Source: Vicinamibacterales bacterium
GTDB taxonomy: Bacteria > Acidobacteriota > Vicinamibacteria > Vicinamibacterales > UBA8438
Direction of reading: 5' to 3'
Assembly (NCBI GenBank): GCA_965247955.1
Contig: OZ252042.1
Span: 2,266,559-2,330,558, forward strand
Length of the DNA: 64,000 nt
Shown here: one piece after another, positions 9,976 to 20,057 of the stretch
How positions within the stretch are numbered: position 1 is the stretch's first letter
Layout of the letters: each line of letters starts with the position of its first letter
Made by a program: the position numbers and the translations under genes
The notes under the pieces: generated by a model
The model's database searches: none
Told to the model about the DNA's origin: nothing
Seen by the model: the letters and a program-made list of their open reading frames with translations, nothing else

Positions 9976-10848
9976 TCACGCGGGTGCGCGCTTAGCGATC
10001 ACCACTGTGTGGTCATTGTCAAATGTTATACGCGCCATGTCAGAGAACGCCTGACGCACACGATATTGGAAAATGTCAATCGCCTCGCGGAGAAGGTCGT
10101 TCGAATACAGTCGGAAGGTCGAATAATGAAAGTGGACGACTTGATCGATGAGTCGAGACAACGACGTGGTGATCTTCCATGGGATCATCTGCACGCGAAC
10201 GGAGTCGAAGACCTCAGCGGACTGGAGTGCCAATTGTAGGTCCGAGCTACGATATAGCTTGGTTTCCCGTGTGGCGAACTCAGGAAAATAGCGGCCCCAG
10301 ATCGTGCACCTGTTCTGCTCTGGGGTTCGCGTGTAGAGCACGAGCTGGCCGGATGGGCTCAGTACCCGAGCCACCTCATCAATAAACCTGGCGAGTTCGA
10401 AGTGGTGCACCGCATTGAAGCAGGTGATCGCGTCACAGCTGGCTGTCAGAAACGGAAGCATCTCACTGGCACTGACGAGATACTGTGCACCCAGACCCAC
10501 GTGACGGTTCCGGACGCGAGCCTGTGTCAGCATGGCCGGCGCCAGATCCACACCAATGGGCAACACCCGGTTGGCGAGTGAAGCGGACAAGGACTCGCTT
10601 ACCGCGTCCAGGTACCGTCCCTCGCCCGTGCCGACATCCAAGAGCTGCACCACGCGGCGCCTCTGGTCGATGGCGAGCGCGAGCACTTCGCTTATGACAT
10701 GCACGGCACGGAGGTCCAGTTCACGAAATCTCTCGTAATGTGAGGATACCTCAGTGAAGTGGTCGCTCCATTGCATCGCACCAACACACTTCTCTTCCTT
10801 GCCCGCACCCGGGGAGATCTCAACATTCACCATGGGAGTTATTGACAT
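9976..10848 (-). CDS. class I SAM-dependent methyltransferase (cargo of the tRNA-Thr-associated remnant)
   Basis: 290-aa ORF with motif I LLDVGTGEGRYLD and post-I/II motifs ...AITCFNAVHHF..., LSPSGQLVLY. Confidence 0.7.
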   Translation of the reverse strand: MSITPMVNVEISPGAGKEEKCVGAMQWSDHFTEVSSHYERFRELDLRAVHVISEVLALAIDQRRRVVQLLDVGTGEGRYLDAVSESLSASLANRVLPIGVDLAPAMLTQARVRNRHVGLGAQYLVSASEMLPFLTASCDAITCFNAVHHFELARFIDEVARVLSPSGQLVLYTRTPEQNRCTIWGRYFPEFATRETKLYRSSDLQLALQSAEVFDSVRVQMIPWKITTSLSRLIDQVVHFHYSTFRLYSNDLLREAIDIFQYRVRQAFSDMARITFDNDHTVVIAKRAPA

Positions 10849-11193
10849 AGTTACGGGGTTTTCTCAATGCCGGACCCAACCGGGGGTCGGCTATGACCGC
10901 TCAAGCTACTCGAGGGGAAACCAGTTTGCTACTCTCGCAGCCAATTGTCAACGTGTCAGGTGTCCAACGCCGCTGCGGATGACGACGCGAGAAACGGGTG
11001 AGGTCAGCTAATCAACACTCGTGGTTCCAGGGCGCAGCGCGCAACGGTTATGGGGGTTAGGCTCATGAAGGTGAGCGGCTCAAGAATCTTGTGCTACTTT
11101 GTGTAACATTTTCCGTTTTAGGCGATCCTTGGTGATCCCTCCTGAACAAAAACGTTCCGTGTTACCGCTCTTGATCCGTTTTGATCTTTCGTT

Positions 11194-11260
11194 GCAGCTG
11201 ATTCGTAATTAGCAGGTCAACGGTTCGAGTCCGTTCGCCGGCTCCAGTTTTTCCTAATAA
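11194..11260 (+). repeat. direct repeat copy 2: truncated tRNA-Thr 3' half (anticodon arm to CCA) plus 14 nt
   Basis: Matches 9604..9670 at 66 of 67 positions. The acceptor 5' strand and D arm are absent upstream, so this is not a functional tRNA. Confidence 0.9.
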
Positions 11261-11313
11261 AACTATTTGTTTAAGATCTAGCCAGGAGCCCTTGTCGCTC
11301 ACTAGGTGGATCG

Positions 11314-12597
11314 TTAGTTTCGGATCGCGACCAACTCGTTCTCCGTTCTGACATACCAACCTCCATCGACCAGGGCAGGGGAGGCGAGCGTTCGAGCACC
11401 GATGTCGTTGATGTGGAGGAGCTCGAAATCTGGTCCGGCCTTTAAGACGAACGTCTGTCCCGCGTCGTTCGTGAAGAACACCTTTCCATCGACAGCAACC
11501 GGCGATGCCGAAAAGCTTTCTCGAGTGGGTCGTCCAAGTCGCTTCTGCCACATGACGGTGCCAGTCGACGCCTCAAAGCAGGTCACGATACTGGCCATGT
11601 CGTTAACAGTGTAGAGGTAGTTGCCGTAAACGAGTGGCGACGGAACGAATGGTGATCCACGCGACGTGCTCCACACGACGTGTGTGTCTGTTACATCACC
11701 ACTTCCACCTGGTCTGATGGCGAACGTAGGTCCGGCCCGTCCCGATGCACAGAACACGAGACCATGGCCGACGGCCGGTGTGGGGATGACTTCGAAGAGA
11801 TTTCCGTTGCAGTGCCACAGTTCGGAGCCATCAGAGGGGTCGTACGCTGTCACCGTCCGCTGGCTGCTTACGATGATCTCGTCGTGGTCACCCACCCGGA
11901 CGGCAACCGGTGAGCCCCATCCAACACTGCCATTCCGGTCATTTTGCCAAACGAGTTCTCCCGTACGCTTGTCGAATGCGGCAATGAAGGCTCCGCGGCG
12001 TTGGTCCTGATATGTGATGAGCAGATCTCCATGCAATAGGGGAGAGCCTGCAGTTCCGTGGTAGTTGTCAATCGGTCCAACGTTGGTATGCCAGACCATA
12101 CTACCGTTGAGATCGACCGCCATGAGCCCGCGACTCCCAAACGATATGTAGACGCGCTCCCCGTCGGTTGTCGGCGTTGCGGACGCCTGGGTGTTCTTCG
12201 GGTGGATGTGTTCGATCGGACCTTCCGGCGCGACGGTTTTCCACAAGAGCCGCCCGTCCGTGCGGTGGTAGCTCAGGATCGAAAGGCGTCGTCCGGCGTC
12301 TTGCGCCGTGGTCAGAAAGATCTGGTTGTCCCAGACAATCGGTGACGAGTTCCCGCGTCCAGGCACCGCAGTTCGCCACGCCACGGTGTCGGAGTTCGAC
12401 CAGGTGTCTGGGTATCCTCTGTCGTCGACCACACCCTGGCCCGACGGTCCGCGCCATCGTGGCCAGTAGCTGGCGCCTTCACCCTCGACTGGTACCATGA
12501 AAATGCTTGAGCTTTGACTTAGGTAGGGCCGTACGCCGACCACAGACAGCACCACGAGGGCGACTACAGTCGTCACGGTGAGTCGTTGTCTGGTCAT
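11314..12597 (-). CDS. PQQ-like beta-propeller repeat protein, secreted
   Basis: 427-aa ORF with a signal-anchor N-terminus and repeated ...G.l.A.D..tG...W blades typical of BamB/PQQ-like propellers. Confidence 0.7.
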   Translation of the reverse strand: MTRQRLTVTTVVALVVLSVVGVRPYLSQSSSIFMVPVEGEGASYWPRWRGPSGQGVVDDRGYPDTWSNSDTVAWRTAVPGRGNSSPIVWDNQIFLTTAQDAGRRLSILSYHRTDGRLLWKTVAPEGPIEHIHPKNTQASATPTTDGERVYISFGSRGLMAVDLNGSMVWHTNVGPIDNYHGTAGSPLLHGDLLITYQDQRRGAFIAAFDKRTGELVWQNDRNGSVGWGSPVAVRVGDHDEIIVSSQRTVTAYDPSDGSELWHCNGNLFEVIPTPAVGHGLVFCASGRAGPTFAIRPGGSGDVTDTHVVWSTSRGSPFVPSPLVYGNYLYTVNDMASIVTCFEASTGTVMWQKRLGRPTRESFSASPVAVDGKVFFTNDAGQTFVLKAGPDFELLHINDIGARTLASPALVDGGWYVRTENELVAIRN

Positions 12598-12794
12598 GAA
12601 AACCCTGCTGGCAGGCAGGCTGTATCAATAATTGACGACACCCTGCGATTATAGAGTTTCTGCAACTGAGTTGAAACGCCCGACGCCCCACGCTACGCTG
12701 GGCGCATTATCGTTTGTTCTCGACCATGACAACCGCGAGCCAAATCAGACTTCCGGTCTCTTTCATCAGGATACGATGATAAATAACAAGACGA

Positions 12795-15176
12795 ATGAAC
12801 GGACCTCATCGTATGCATGAGCGACGAGACATGTGGTTGGGGAGTCATCTTGGAGCATTGGTGGCCCTGGCCTTATTTGCGTTGTTTTATCTGTCGTTCT
12901 TTGCAAAGAGTTTACTGAACGGGGATTACATCGCCCCTAGCGATTCGCTCGATTTTTGGCTGGCGGCATTCCTTTCGGAACAGAGTGTATGGACAGACTA
13001 CATGTACTCTGGATATCCCATTGCTGCTGATCCTCAATCACTGACATGGTACCCAGTGTTTCAGTTCTTTGCTGTCTTCGGACAAGGTTGGAATCTATTT
13101 CTTATTCTGCCTTACGTAATTGCGAGTTGGACCTGTTTTCTCTTCGTACGTAGATTGTCCGGCTCGTTCGTTGCGGGCCTATTTGCGGGAATCGTGTACG
13201 GATTCAGTGGCACCTTGCTCGCACACGTGAGTCACGTTAATCAGATCCATGTTGCTGCTTGGTTGCCATTGCTACCGTACAGCGTGTTGTTGGTTCGATC
13301 GGGTGAAGACTTAAAGGGCATTCTCATAGGCTCACTAGCGCTGTTCATGATGGTTGTCGCTGGACACCCTCAGATAATGGTTTACGCTGTGTACCTGACG
13401 GGAGCGTACGTACTGTACGCAGCAACTCTGGCCCCAGCATCAAACCGGAAGCCCCTGCATATTGTACTGGTAGCCGGCGCGAGCATCGCACTTGGTTTTG
13501 GACTTTCCGCGATTCAGCTCTTGCCAGCTCAGGAGCTGGCTTCTTTGGGGAAGCGAGCGGAAGCATTGTGGGTGCTTTTCATAGACAAAGCCCTGCCACC
13601 CTCGCAGCTTCTCACGTTGGTGTTTCCTCTGAGTTTTGGTGGATTCAGGACACACACGAATGCCGTGCCGTACTTCGGCGAGAGTAGCCCAGGCGAGATG
13701 ACGGGTTACGTTGGCTTACTGCCTTTCATTCTGGCATTTCTCGGAATTTGGTATGTTCGGCGTCATCGACAAGAGGCCCTATTTTGGGGAGGGGCAAGTG
13801 TTGTCGGGATCCTACTCGCGTTAGGCGATGCGACACCTCTTGCTCAAGTGTCCTATCACTTGCCGCTCTATAGTGCGTTTCGTGTTCCTGCCCGCCATTT
13901 ATTTTTAGTCGCGTTTTGTGTTGCCGTAACTGCCGGACTTGTGCTGTCAGCTGTAATGACGGAATGGCCAGGTCGATTTATTCCGCGTCGATTAGCTGCT
14001 TATGCGGTGGCCGTGGCGGTTGGGGTTCTTGCTTGGTACTTTTACGACACTCCACACGCACTCGGGCTACTGGAAGCGAACGGATTTTACTTAAGGTGGG
14101 CTTACCTGCTACCGGTTGTGATTACCGTTGCCATTGCAACAGCCGTGACATGTTTCGGTGGACGAGCGAAAGCAACCCGGCTTCTCGTCACGGTACTGTT
14201 CCTCATCCATATCGTTGACATGCTTACGTTCCATTACGTGTTGCCAGGATATCGATTCGAGTACGCGGAGACTTCAGAAGAGCGAGTGAGCCCTCCGCCA
14301 GATACGGTGGCACTGCGTGAAATGCTTCGCTTGGAGAACGGTGCAAGAATCATTGGAGCGGATGGCAACAAGAATCCATTCTTACCGCTGAATCTATCTC
14401 GGGCCTGGCGAATGCCTTCTGCTGGTGGGAGCGGTCCCATGGGTGTTGCGCGCTATGTTGACATGCTGGGGATGGGCGGTCCTGGTGATCTCAATCGCGA
14501 TGTGTTCTCGAGACAACATCATGGTCTTGATTTAGTGAGCGTGCGCTTTGTGCTCATCCCAAGGCAATCGCCGATCGCAAGTGCAGACCAACTTGATCCT
14601 GGTCGTTGGACGTTAGTGGACACGCTTGCGATAGATCCAGAATCCTCGGACAACCGTAGGCACTACTGGCTTGTTCGTAATGAACGTGCCCTTCCTCGGG
14701 CGTGGCTTGTGCCGAACGTAACTGTCGTGGGAAAAGATGACATGCTGGAGACGATTTGGACTGGGAAACTTCCGAATGGTGGTTCGTTTGAACCACGACA
14801 CGTAGCTCTTATAGAAGAGAACCTGACAGGTTTTGCCGAGGGCGAACGACCTGCACTCGGAAGCGAGTGCGGTAGCGTTTCCATAGCACGAATCTCGTCC
14901 TCCGTCCGCGAATACTTAATCGACACCGAAGTTCCATGCTTTCTCGTAATGAGCGAGGTGTTTTATCCGTGGTGGCGTGCATCGATTAATGGACACGATG
15001 CCGATCTACTGCAAACGAATTATGCCTTAATGGGGTTGTTCGCACCTTCGGGAAAGAGCAATGTGCGAATTGCACTTGCGCCAAATTCTTTGTATCTAGG
15101 AATCCTACTAACTGTGCTCTCCGTGCTTATGTGGTTGGCACTATTCAAGCGTGCCATGCGCTCAACAGCAGGCTAG
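12795..15176 (+). CDS. large polytopic membrane protein, YfhO/ArnT-like (putative glycosyltransferase fold)
   Basis: 793-aa ORF. The first ~480 aa hold many hydrophobic helices, followed by a soluble domain and a final TM helix. The family assignment is tentative. Confidence 0.5.
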   Translation: MNGPHRMHERRDMWLGSHLGALVALALFALFYLSFFAKSLLNGDYIAPSDSLDFWLAAFLSEQSVWTDYMYSGYPIAADPQSLTWYPVFQFFAVFGQGWNLFLILPYVIASWTCFLFVRRLSGSFVAGLFAGIVYGFSGTLLAHVSHVNQIHVAAWLPLLPYSVLLVRSGEDLKGILIGSLALFMMVVAGHPQIMVYAVYLTGAYVLYAATLAPASNRKPLHIVLVAGASIALGFGLSAIQLLPAQELASLGKRAEALWVLFIDKALPPSQLLTLVFPLSFGGFRTHTNAVPYFGESSPGEMTGYVGLLPFILAFLGIWYVRRHRQEALFWGGASVVGILLALGDATPLAQVSYHLPLYSAFRVPARHLFLVAFCVAVTAGLVLSAVMTEWPGRFIPRRLAAYAVAVAVGVLAWYFYDTPHALGLLEANGFYLRWAYLLPVVITVAIATAVTCFGGRAKATRLLVTVLFLIHIVDMLTFHYVLPGYRFEYAETSEERVSPPPDTVALREMLRLENGARIIGADGNKNPFLPLNLSRAWRMPSAGGSGPMGVARYVDMLGMGGPGDLNRDVFSRQHHGLDLVSVRFVLIPRQSPIASADQLDPGRWTLVDTLAIDPESSDNRRHYWLVRNERALPRAWLVPNVTVVGKDDMLETIWTGKLPNGGSFEPRHVALIEENLTGFAEGERPALGSECGSVSIARISSSVREYLIDTEVPCFLVMSEVFYPWWRASINGHDADLLQTNYALMGLFAPSGKSNVRIALAPNSLYLGILLTVLSVLMWLALFKRAMRSTAG

Positions 15177-15347
15177 TGTTGGTTCGTTAAACGTTATTTG
15201 ATCAATGGTCCACCGAGACACTTTACATGTCTAGTAGACTAACTACGACTGTGAGATCGGGCGCCAGAAGTATTTTGAAGAATCCCAGGATCGAAACATG
15301 CTGGTGTCAGATCTTTGTTGGCCATAGAGGAACGGGAGCGGAGAACA

Positions 15348-16109
15348 ATGCAAGATGCCAACAGTGAAACTAATGCAGCGCAGCAGGATTGGCGATCGTT
15401 CAACGACCGGTTGGTGGCTATACTAAAACCATACGGACCGCCAATTGCGATCTCCTTTCTGGCGGAGAAGCAGACCGCCCCCGTTTCCAGGCTTGATAAC
15501 GAGCACCCCGAGCAGAACGAACGCGGGCGAACTGGACAGGTTGCGGCGGGGTGCGTGTTCTGGATTCTCGGGGCGGAGGCGTCGTTTGCCACGACTGCTT
15601 CTGACCATGCCAATTGTTCGGTTGGGAGTTTGACCCATGGGTTTCTTACCCTCGAGGAGGTAGCCACCAAAGACGACGTTGGTGCGGTCCTCGAGTCCGG
15701 ATGGGTAGACGAAGCTACGATCGGACAGCTGCCAGTCGTGATGACTAAGCCTGGGACCGTCGTATATGGCCCCCTGGCCGACAGCCAGACTAAACCTGAT
15801 GTGGTCTTGTTGCGAATCAATGCCCTCGCGCTGATGACCTTAAAGGATGCGTTTCCTGACCTTCAGATCAAAGGGAAGCCTCAGTGCCAGATTATTGCCA
15901 TTGCTAAAGAGCACGGGGCTGTTGCCGCCAGCGTTGGATGCGCTCTCAGCCGTTCTAGAACCGGCATGAAGGTGGAAGAGATGACTTGCGCCATTCCCGT
16001 CAAGCGTCTGGGTGAACTATTAGACACTCTTGAGTCGACGGTGACGCTCAACCGCGAGATGGCCAGCTATACTTCAGCCGAGGCCAAGCGGTTTCGGTGC
16101 CTCCCATAG
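15348..16109 (+). CDS. DUF169 domain-containing protein
   Basis: ORF 15315..16109. ATG at 15348 has a GGAG RBS 5 nt upstream. Length and motifs (AGCVFW..., HANCSVG) resemble DUF169/COG2043. Confidence 0.5.
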   Translation: MQDANSETNAAQQDWRSFNDRLVAILKPYGPPIAISFLAEKQTAPVSRLDNEHPEQNERGRTGQVAAGCVFWILGAEASFATTASDHANCSVGSLTHGFLTLEEVATKDDVGAVLESGWVDEATIGQLPVVMTKPGTVVYGPLADSQTKPDVVLLRINALALMTLKDAFPDLQIKGKPQCQIIAIAKEHGAVAASVGCALSRSRTGMKVEEMTCAIPVKRLGELLDTLESTVTLNREMASYTSAEAKRFRCLP

Positions 16110-16423
16110 TTCAGCCCTGCGGCTAGTCGATAACCGTAGAGCTATCTCAGGATCATCATGGAACAAAGCCTGGAGTTCTGCATGTTGACATTGCAGTCAC
16201 AAGGCTGATCCGCTACAAACGATGAGGCGTCTAGCGTAGAACGTAGCGGCTGACGGTTCAACAGAAACTGGGTTAACGACCTTGTTCGGTATTCCAGTGC
16301 ACAAGGTTGAGTCGCATCACTTCTGATCTGATGCCTCACTTTTTTTGACATGTTGCGAATCATGAGACAGGACGCTAATATTGCGAGTTGCCTTCTTCGC
16401 GGAATTCCCGGTCTAGGCACACG

Positions 16424-19405
16424 ATGCCGGAGTCCACTGCAAGCCCAAACAATCAGATCGTTATTCGTGGTGCCCGCACCCATAATCTGAAGAACATAGA
16501 CCTGACGTTGCCGCTGGAGCAGCTCATCGTTGTCACCGGTGTTAGTGGCTCAGGCAAATCGTCGCTTGCGTTCGACACGGTCTACGCGGAAGGCCAGCGT
16601 CGTTACGTGGAGTCGCTGTCCGCGTACGCCAGACAGTTTCTCGAGCGGATGGAGAAGCCAGACGTAGACCAGATCGACGGAATCTGTCCGGCCATAGCTA
16701 TTCGTCAGAAGAATAGTCTGCGCAACCCGCGTTCGACTGTTGGCACGACGACGGAAATTCACGATTATTTGCGGCTACTTTACGCACGAGTCGGTCGGAC
16801 TGTTTGCCGGAAGTGCGGCGAAGAAGTGATTCGTGAGACTGCTGAGGTGGCGGCGTGTGAGTTGGCGGCGCTCCCGGAAGGAACCCGCCTCCTCCTAGGG
16901 TTCGAGATGCCTGTGATTGATGTACCAGGATCGACGAGTGGCAGCGTGGCGGTCATCGATGAAATTGCGGAGCAGAAGGGGAGCAGATCGAACGGCGACA
17001 ACGCTAGACAAACCAAACGTTCAGCTGAGCGAACAGCTGCTCTTTTGCTTGATCGTACATCGCCAGTCAATGCAGCAATAGAGACGCTGCGGCGCAAGGG
17101 GTTTAGGCGAGTGATTGTAGACGGAGAGGTAGTGTCCTTCGACGACCTAGAAGCGGATACTCTGGTCAACTCGACCACGCTACAAGTGGTGGTCGATCGC
17201 GTTAAAGTCAGGCCGGACAGTCTCGGCCGGCTTACCGACTCGATAGAGACTGGATATCTCGAAGCGGGCGGGACGGCATTCGCGATCGAAGTTGATTCCG
17301 GCTCACCACTCCCAGCTCCGGGCTCGCCAAATGTTCATCTTTTCAGCGAGCGATTCGAATGCCGCACTTGTAGTATCGAGTACGAAGTGCCACAGCCTCG
17401 ACTGTTTTCTTTTAATAATCCGTTCGGTGCCTGCCCAAGGTGCCATGGTTTTGGGAACATCATCGAGCTTGATATGAACCTCGTCGTGCCTGACCCGTCG
17501 AAGTCGGTTCAGCAGAATGCCATCGAGCCGTGGAGTAAACCACACTATCGTTCACATTTGGCCGGCCTCAAGAAAGCTGCTCGTTCACACGGGGTACGGA
17601 TGAACGCACCATGGTCGGAGCTGAGCAATAAGGAACAACGATTCATCGTGGAGGGAGACGGCAATAGCTATGAGGGCATCCAGGGCTTTTTCCGGTGGTT
17701 GGAACGGAAGAAGTACAAAGTACACGTACGTGTGTTTCTTAGTCGTTACCGGGGTTACCTGGTTTGCCCGGATTGCCAAGGCACTCGTCTACGGCGTGAT
17801 GCGCGAGACGTTCGAGTTGGCGGGCATACCATCGACGAGGTGTGTGGCTTCACCGTTGGGCGCGCGCTGCAGTTCTTCGAAGGGCTCGAGTTAACGGAGA
17901 AGGAAGCAACGATCGCGAAGCGGATCATTCTTGAGATTCGGAAGCGTTTATCGTTCTTGAGTAACGTCGGACTCGAGTACCTTACCCTCGATCGATTGTC
18001 GTCAACCCTGTCTGGAGGAGAAGCACAGCGGATCAATTTGGCAACATCGCTCGGCTCAGCGCTCGTCGGCACGCTCTATGTCCTTGACGAGCCGTCGGTC
18101 GGACTACACCCGCGAGACAACGAGCGACTGATCCGGATCCTGAAACAGCTCCGCGATCAAGGGAACACGGTGTTGGTGGTCGAGCATGATGCCGACATGA
18201 TCAGGACGGGTGACTACGTCGTCGACCTCGGGTTGGGCGCTGGGACGTTAGGGGGGAAGGTCGTCTATGCGGGGCCGCCAAACGGGCTCGAGACCGAACA
18301 GACTTCACTCACTGCCAAGTATCTTCGTGGCGAGCTGGCCATTCCGATCCCGACCGCACACCGTAGGCGCATGCCGCAGACACAAGTGGTGCGGGTCCGT
18401 GGGGCGGCTGAGCACAACCTCCAGCACATCGACGTTGAGATTCCGATCAACCTGTTGACCTGCGTAACGGGGGTAAGTGGCTCCGGTAAGTCGACTCTCG
18501 TGCACGACGTGCTCTACGCGGCGATCAAACGCGCGAAAGGGAGCTGGAACAAGAAGGTTGGTGCTCATGAAGGTCTCGACGGACTAGAGTTTCTCAACGA
18601 CGTCGTCCTTGTGGACCAGGCGCCCATCGGCCGGACTCCGCGCTCGAATCCGGTTACCTATCTCAAGGCGTTTGATCCAATTCGTGCGTTATTCGCGTCT
18701 ACGAAGGACGGTCAGGCGCGTGGTCTGACGGCGAGTCATTTCTCGTTTAACGTCAAGGGTGGCCGTTGTGACGCCTGCGAAGGGGAGGGCGAGGTCAGGG
18801 TCGAGATGCAATTTCTGGCGGACGTCTTCGTGCCGTGCGAGCACTGCGACGGAAAACGATTCAAACCTCAGGTTTTGGAGGTGCTGTATAGGGGGCGGAG
18901 CATCGATCAAGTGCTCGCTATGACCGTACGGGAGGCGCTTCACTTCTTCAGCACGTCTGCGAAGGTCGTCAGAAGATTACAAGTGCTGGATGAGATCGGC
19001 CTTGGATATCTTCGATTAGGGCAACCGGCCACGACGCTTTCTGGTGGTGAAGCACAGCGCATCAAGATCGCAGCCCACCTTGCGTCCCGTAACAGCGAGC
19101 GCACGCTCTATATCCTCGACGAGCCGACGACCGGACTCCACTTCGACGACATCGCCAAGCTTCTGACTGCGTTTCGCAAGTTACTGCTAGCCGGTCATAC
19201 ACTGCTCGTCATTGAACACAACCTTGATGTGATTAAGACTGCTGACTGGATTATTGACCTCGGGCCAGAAGGGGGCGATGATGGCGGGCGGATCGTCGCG
19301 GTCGGCTCACCAGAGATGGTTGCCCGGCAGCCTGGCTCGCATACCGGGCGCTATCTTGAACGCGTACTGGCAACTGGGCGCTCGCACGCGTACGCGGGGT
19401 TCTAG
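16424..19405 (+). CDS. uvrA: excinuclease ABC subunit A
   Basis: [16 protein letters not shown], two ABC ATPase modules (GVSGSGKSS and GVSGSGKST), and zinc modules CxxC. ATG at 16424 fits the conserved N-terminus. Confidence 0.95.
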   Translation: MPESTASPNNQIVIRGARTHNLKNIDLTLPLEQLIVVTGVSGSGKSSLAFDTVYAEGQRRYVESLSAYARQFLERMEKPDVDQIDGICPAIAIRQKNSLRNPRSTVGTTTEIHDYLRLLYARVGRTVCRKCGEEVIRETAEVAACELAALPEGTRLLLGFEMPVIDVPGSTSGSVAVIDEIAEQKGSRSNGDNARQTKRSAERTAALLLDRTSPVNAAIETLRRKGFRRVIVDGEVVSFDDLEADTLVNSTTLQVVVDRVKVRPDSLGRLTDSIETGYLEAGGTAFAIEVDSGSPLPAPGSPNVHLFSERFECRTCSIEYEVPQPRLFSFNNPFGACPRCHGFGNIIELDMNLVVPDPSKSVQQNAIEPWSKPHYRSHLAGLKKAARSHGVRMNAPWSELSNKEQRFIVEGDGNSYEGIQGFFRWLERKKYKVHVRVFLSRYRGYLVCPDCQGTRLRRDARDVRVGGHTIDEVCGFTVGRALQFFEGLELTEKEATIAKRIILEIRKRLSFLSNVGLEYLTLDRLSSTLSGGEAQRINLATSLGSALVGTLYVLDEPSVGLHPRDNERLIRILKQLRDQGNTVLVVEHDADMIRTGDYVVDLGLGAGTLGGKVVYAGPPNGLETEQTSLTAKYLRGELAIPIPTAHRRRMPQTQVVRVRGAAEHNLQHIDVEIPINLLTCVTGVSGSGKSTLVHDVLYAAIKRAKGSWNKKVGAHEGLDGLEFLNDVVLVDQAPIGRTPRSNPVTYLKAFDPIRALFASTKDGQARGLTASHFSFNVKGGRCDACEGEGEVRVEMQFLADVFVPCEHCDGKRFKPQVLEVLYRGRSIDQVLAMTVREALHFFSTSAKVVRRLQVLDEIGLGYLRLGQPATTLSGGEAQRIKIAAHLASRNSERTLYILDEPTTGLHFDDIAKLLTAFRKLLLAGHTLLVIEHNLDVIKTADWIIDLGPEGGDDGGRIVAVGSPEMVARQPGSHTGRYLERVLATGRSHAYAGF

Positions 19406-19412
19406 GGTACCC

Positions 19413-20057
19413 GTGGGCACGCTCCTGCCGCCAGCCTTCTATGCCCGTCCCACGCTCGATGTCGCACGAGACCTGATCGGAAAGGTGCTCGTGCACGTAA
19501 CGTCAGCAGGAACTACGGCCGGCGCGATCGTCGAGGTCGAGGCGTACATCGGTGAGAGTGACCCCGCGTGTCACGCTGCGTCAGGGCTGACCGAGCGCAA
19601 CTCAGTGCTCTACGGACCACCAGGTCGTGCGTACGTCTATCTGAACTACGGCATCCACTGCCTAGTAAACGCAGTTACGGAACCGGAGGGCGCTCCGGCG
19701 GCGGTGTTGATTCGTGCACTCGAGCCGCGCGACGGTCTCTCGCTAATGCGCCAGCGTCGCGTGCGCTCGAGGAGAGGACGAGTTCGTCCCGTGATCCGAG
19801 AGAATGATCTGTGCCGTGGCCCGGGCAATCTCGCGCGTGCGCTTGGGATCACACTGAAACACAATCATTTGGACTTAAGTGGCAACCAGCTTTTTGTCGA
19901 GGATTGCAGCGAGTTGGTGCGGGCGATCAACTGGAGCCGACGCATCGGTGTTCGGGTGGGCACTGACCGTCGCTGGCGGTGTTACGCAACCGCTAATTCC
20001 TGTGTATCTGGACGGGCTATTGTTGGTGGGCTTGGGAAACCTCGATCTCGAATTTAA
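19413..20057 (+). CDS. mpg: DNA-3-methyladenine glycosylase (Mpg/AAG family)
   Basis: FYARPTLDVARDLIGKVLV...IVEVEAYIGESDPACHA...GRAYVYLNYGIHCLVN. The in-frame GTG at 19413 lies just after the uvrA stop. Confidence 0.85.
   Translation: MGTLLPPAFYARPTLDVARDLIGKVLVHVTSAGTTAGAIVEVEAYIGESDPACHAASGLTERNSVLYGPPGRAYVYLNYGIHCLVNAVTEPEGAPAAVLIRALEPRDGLSLMRQRRVRSRRGRVRPVIRENDLCRGPGNLARALGITLKHNHLDLSGNQLFVEDCSELVRAINWSRRIGVRVGTDRRWRCYATANSCVSGRAIVGGLGKPRSRI

Noticed and set aside
16178-16196. The imperfect palindrome CTGCATGTTGACATTGCAG about 230 nt upstream of uvrA, considered as a possible LexA/SOS box.
   Set aside because: It matches none of the LexA consensus sequences I know (CTGT-N8-ACAG, CGAAC-N4-GTTCG, GTTC-N7-GTTC). 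It lies far from the start codon and has only 5-bp perfect arms. Evidence is insufficient.
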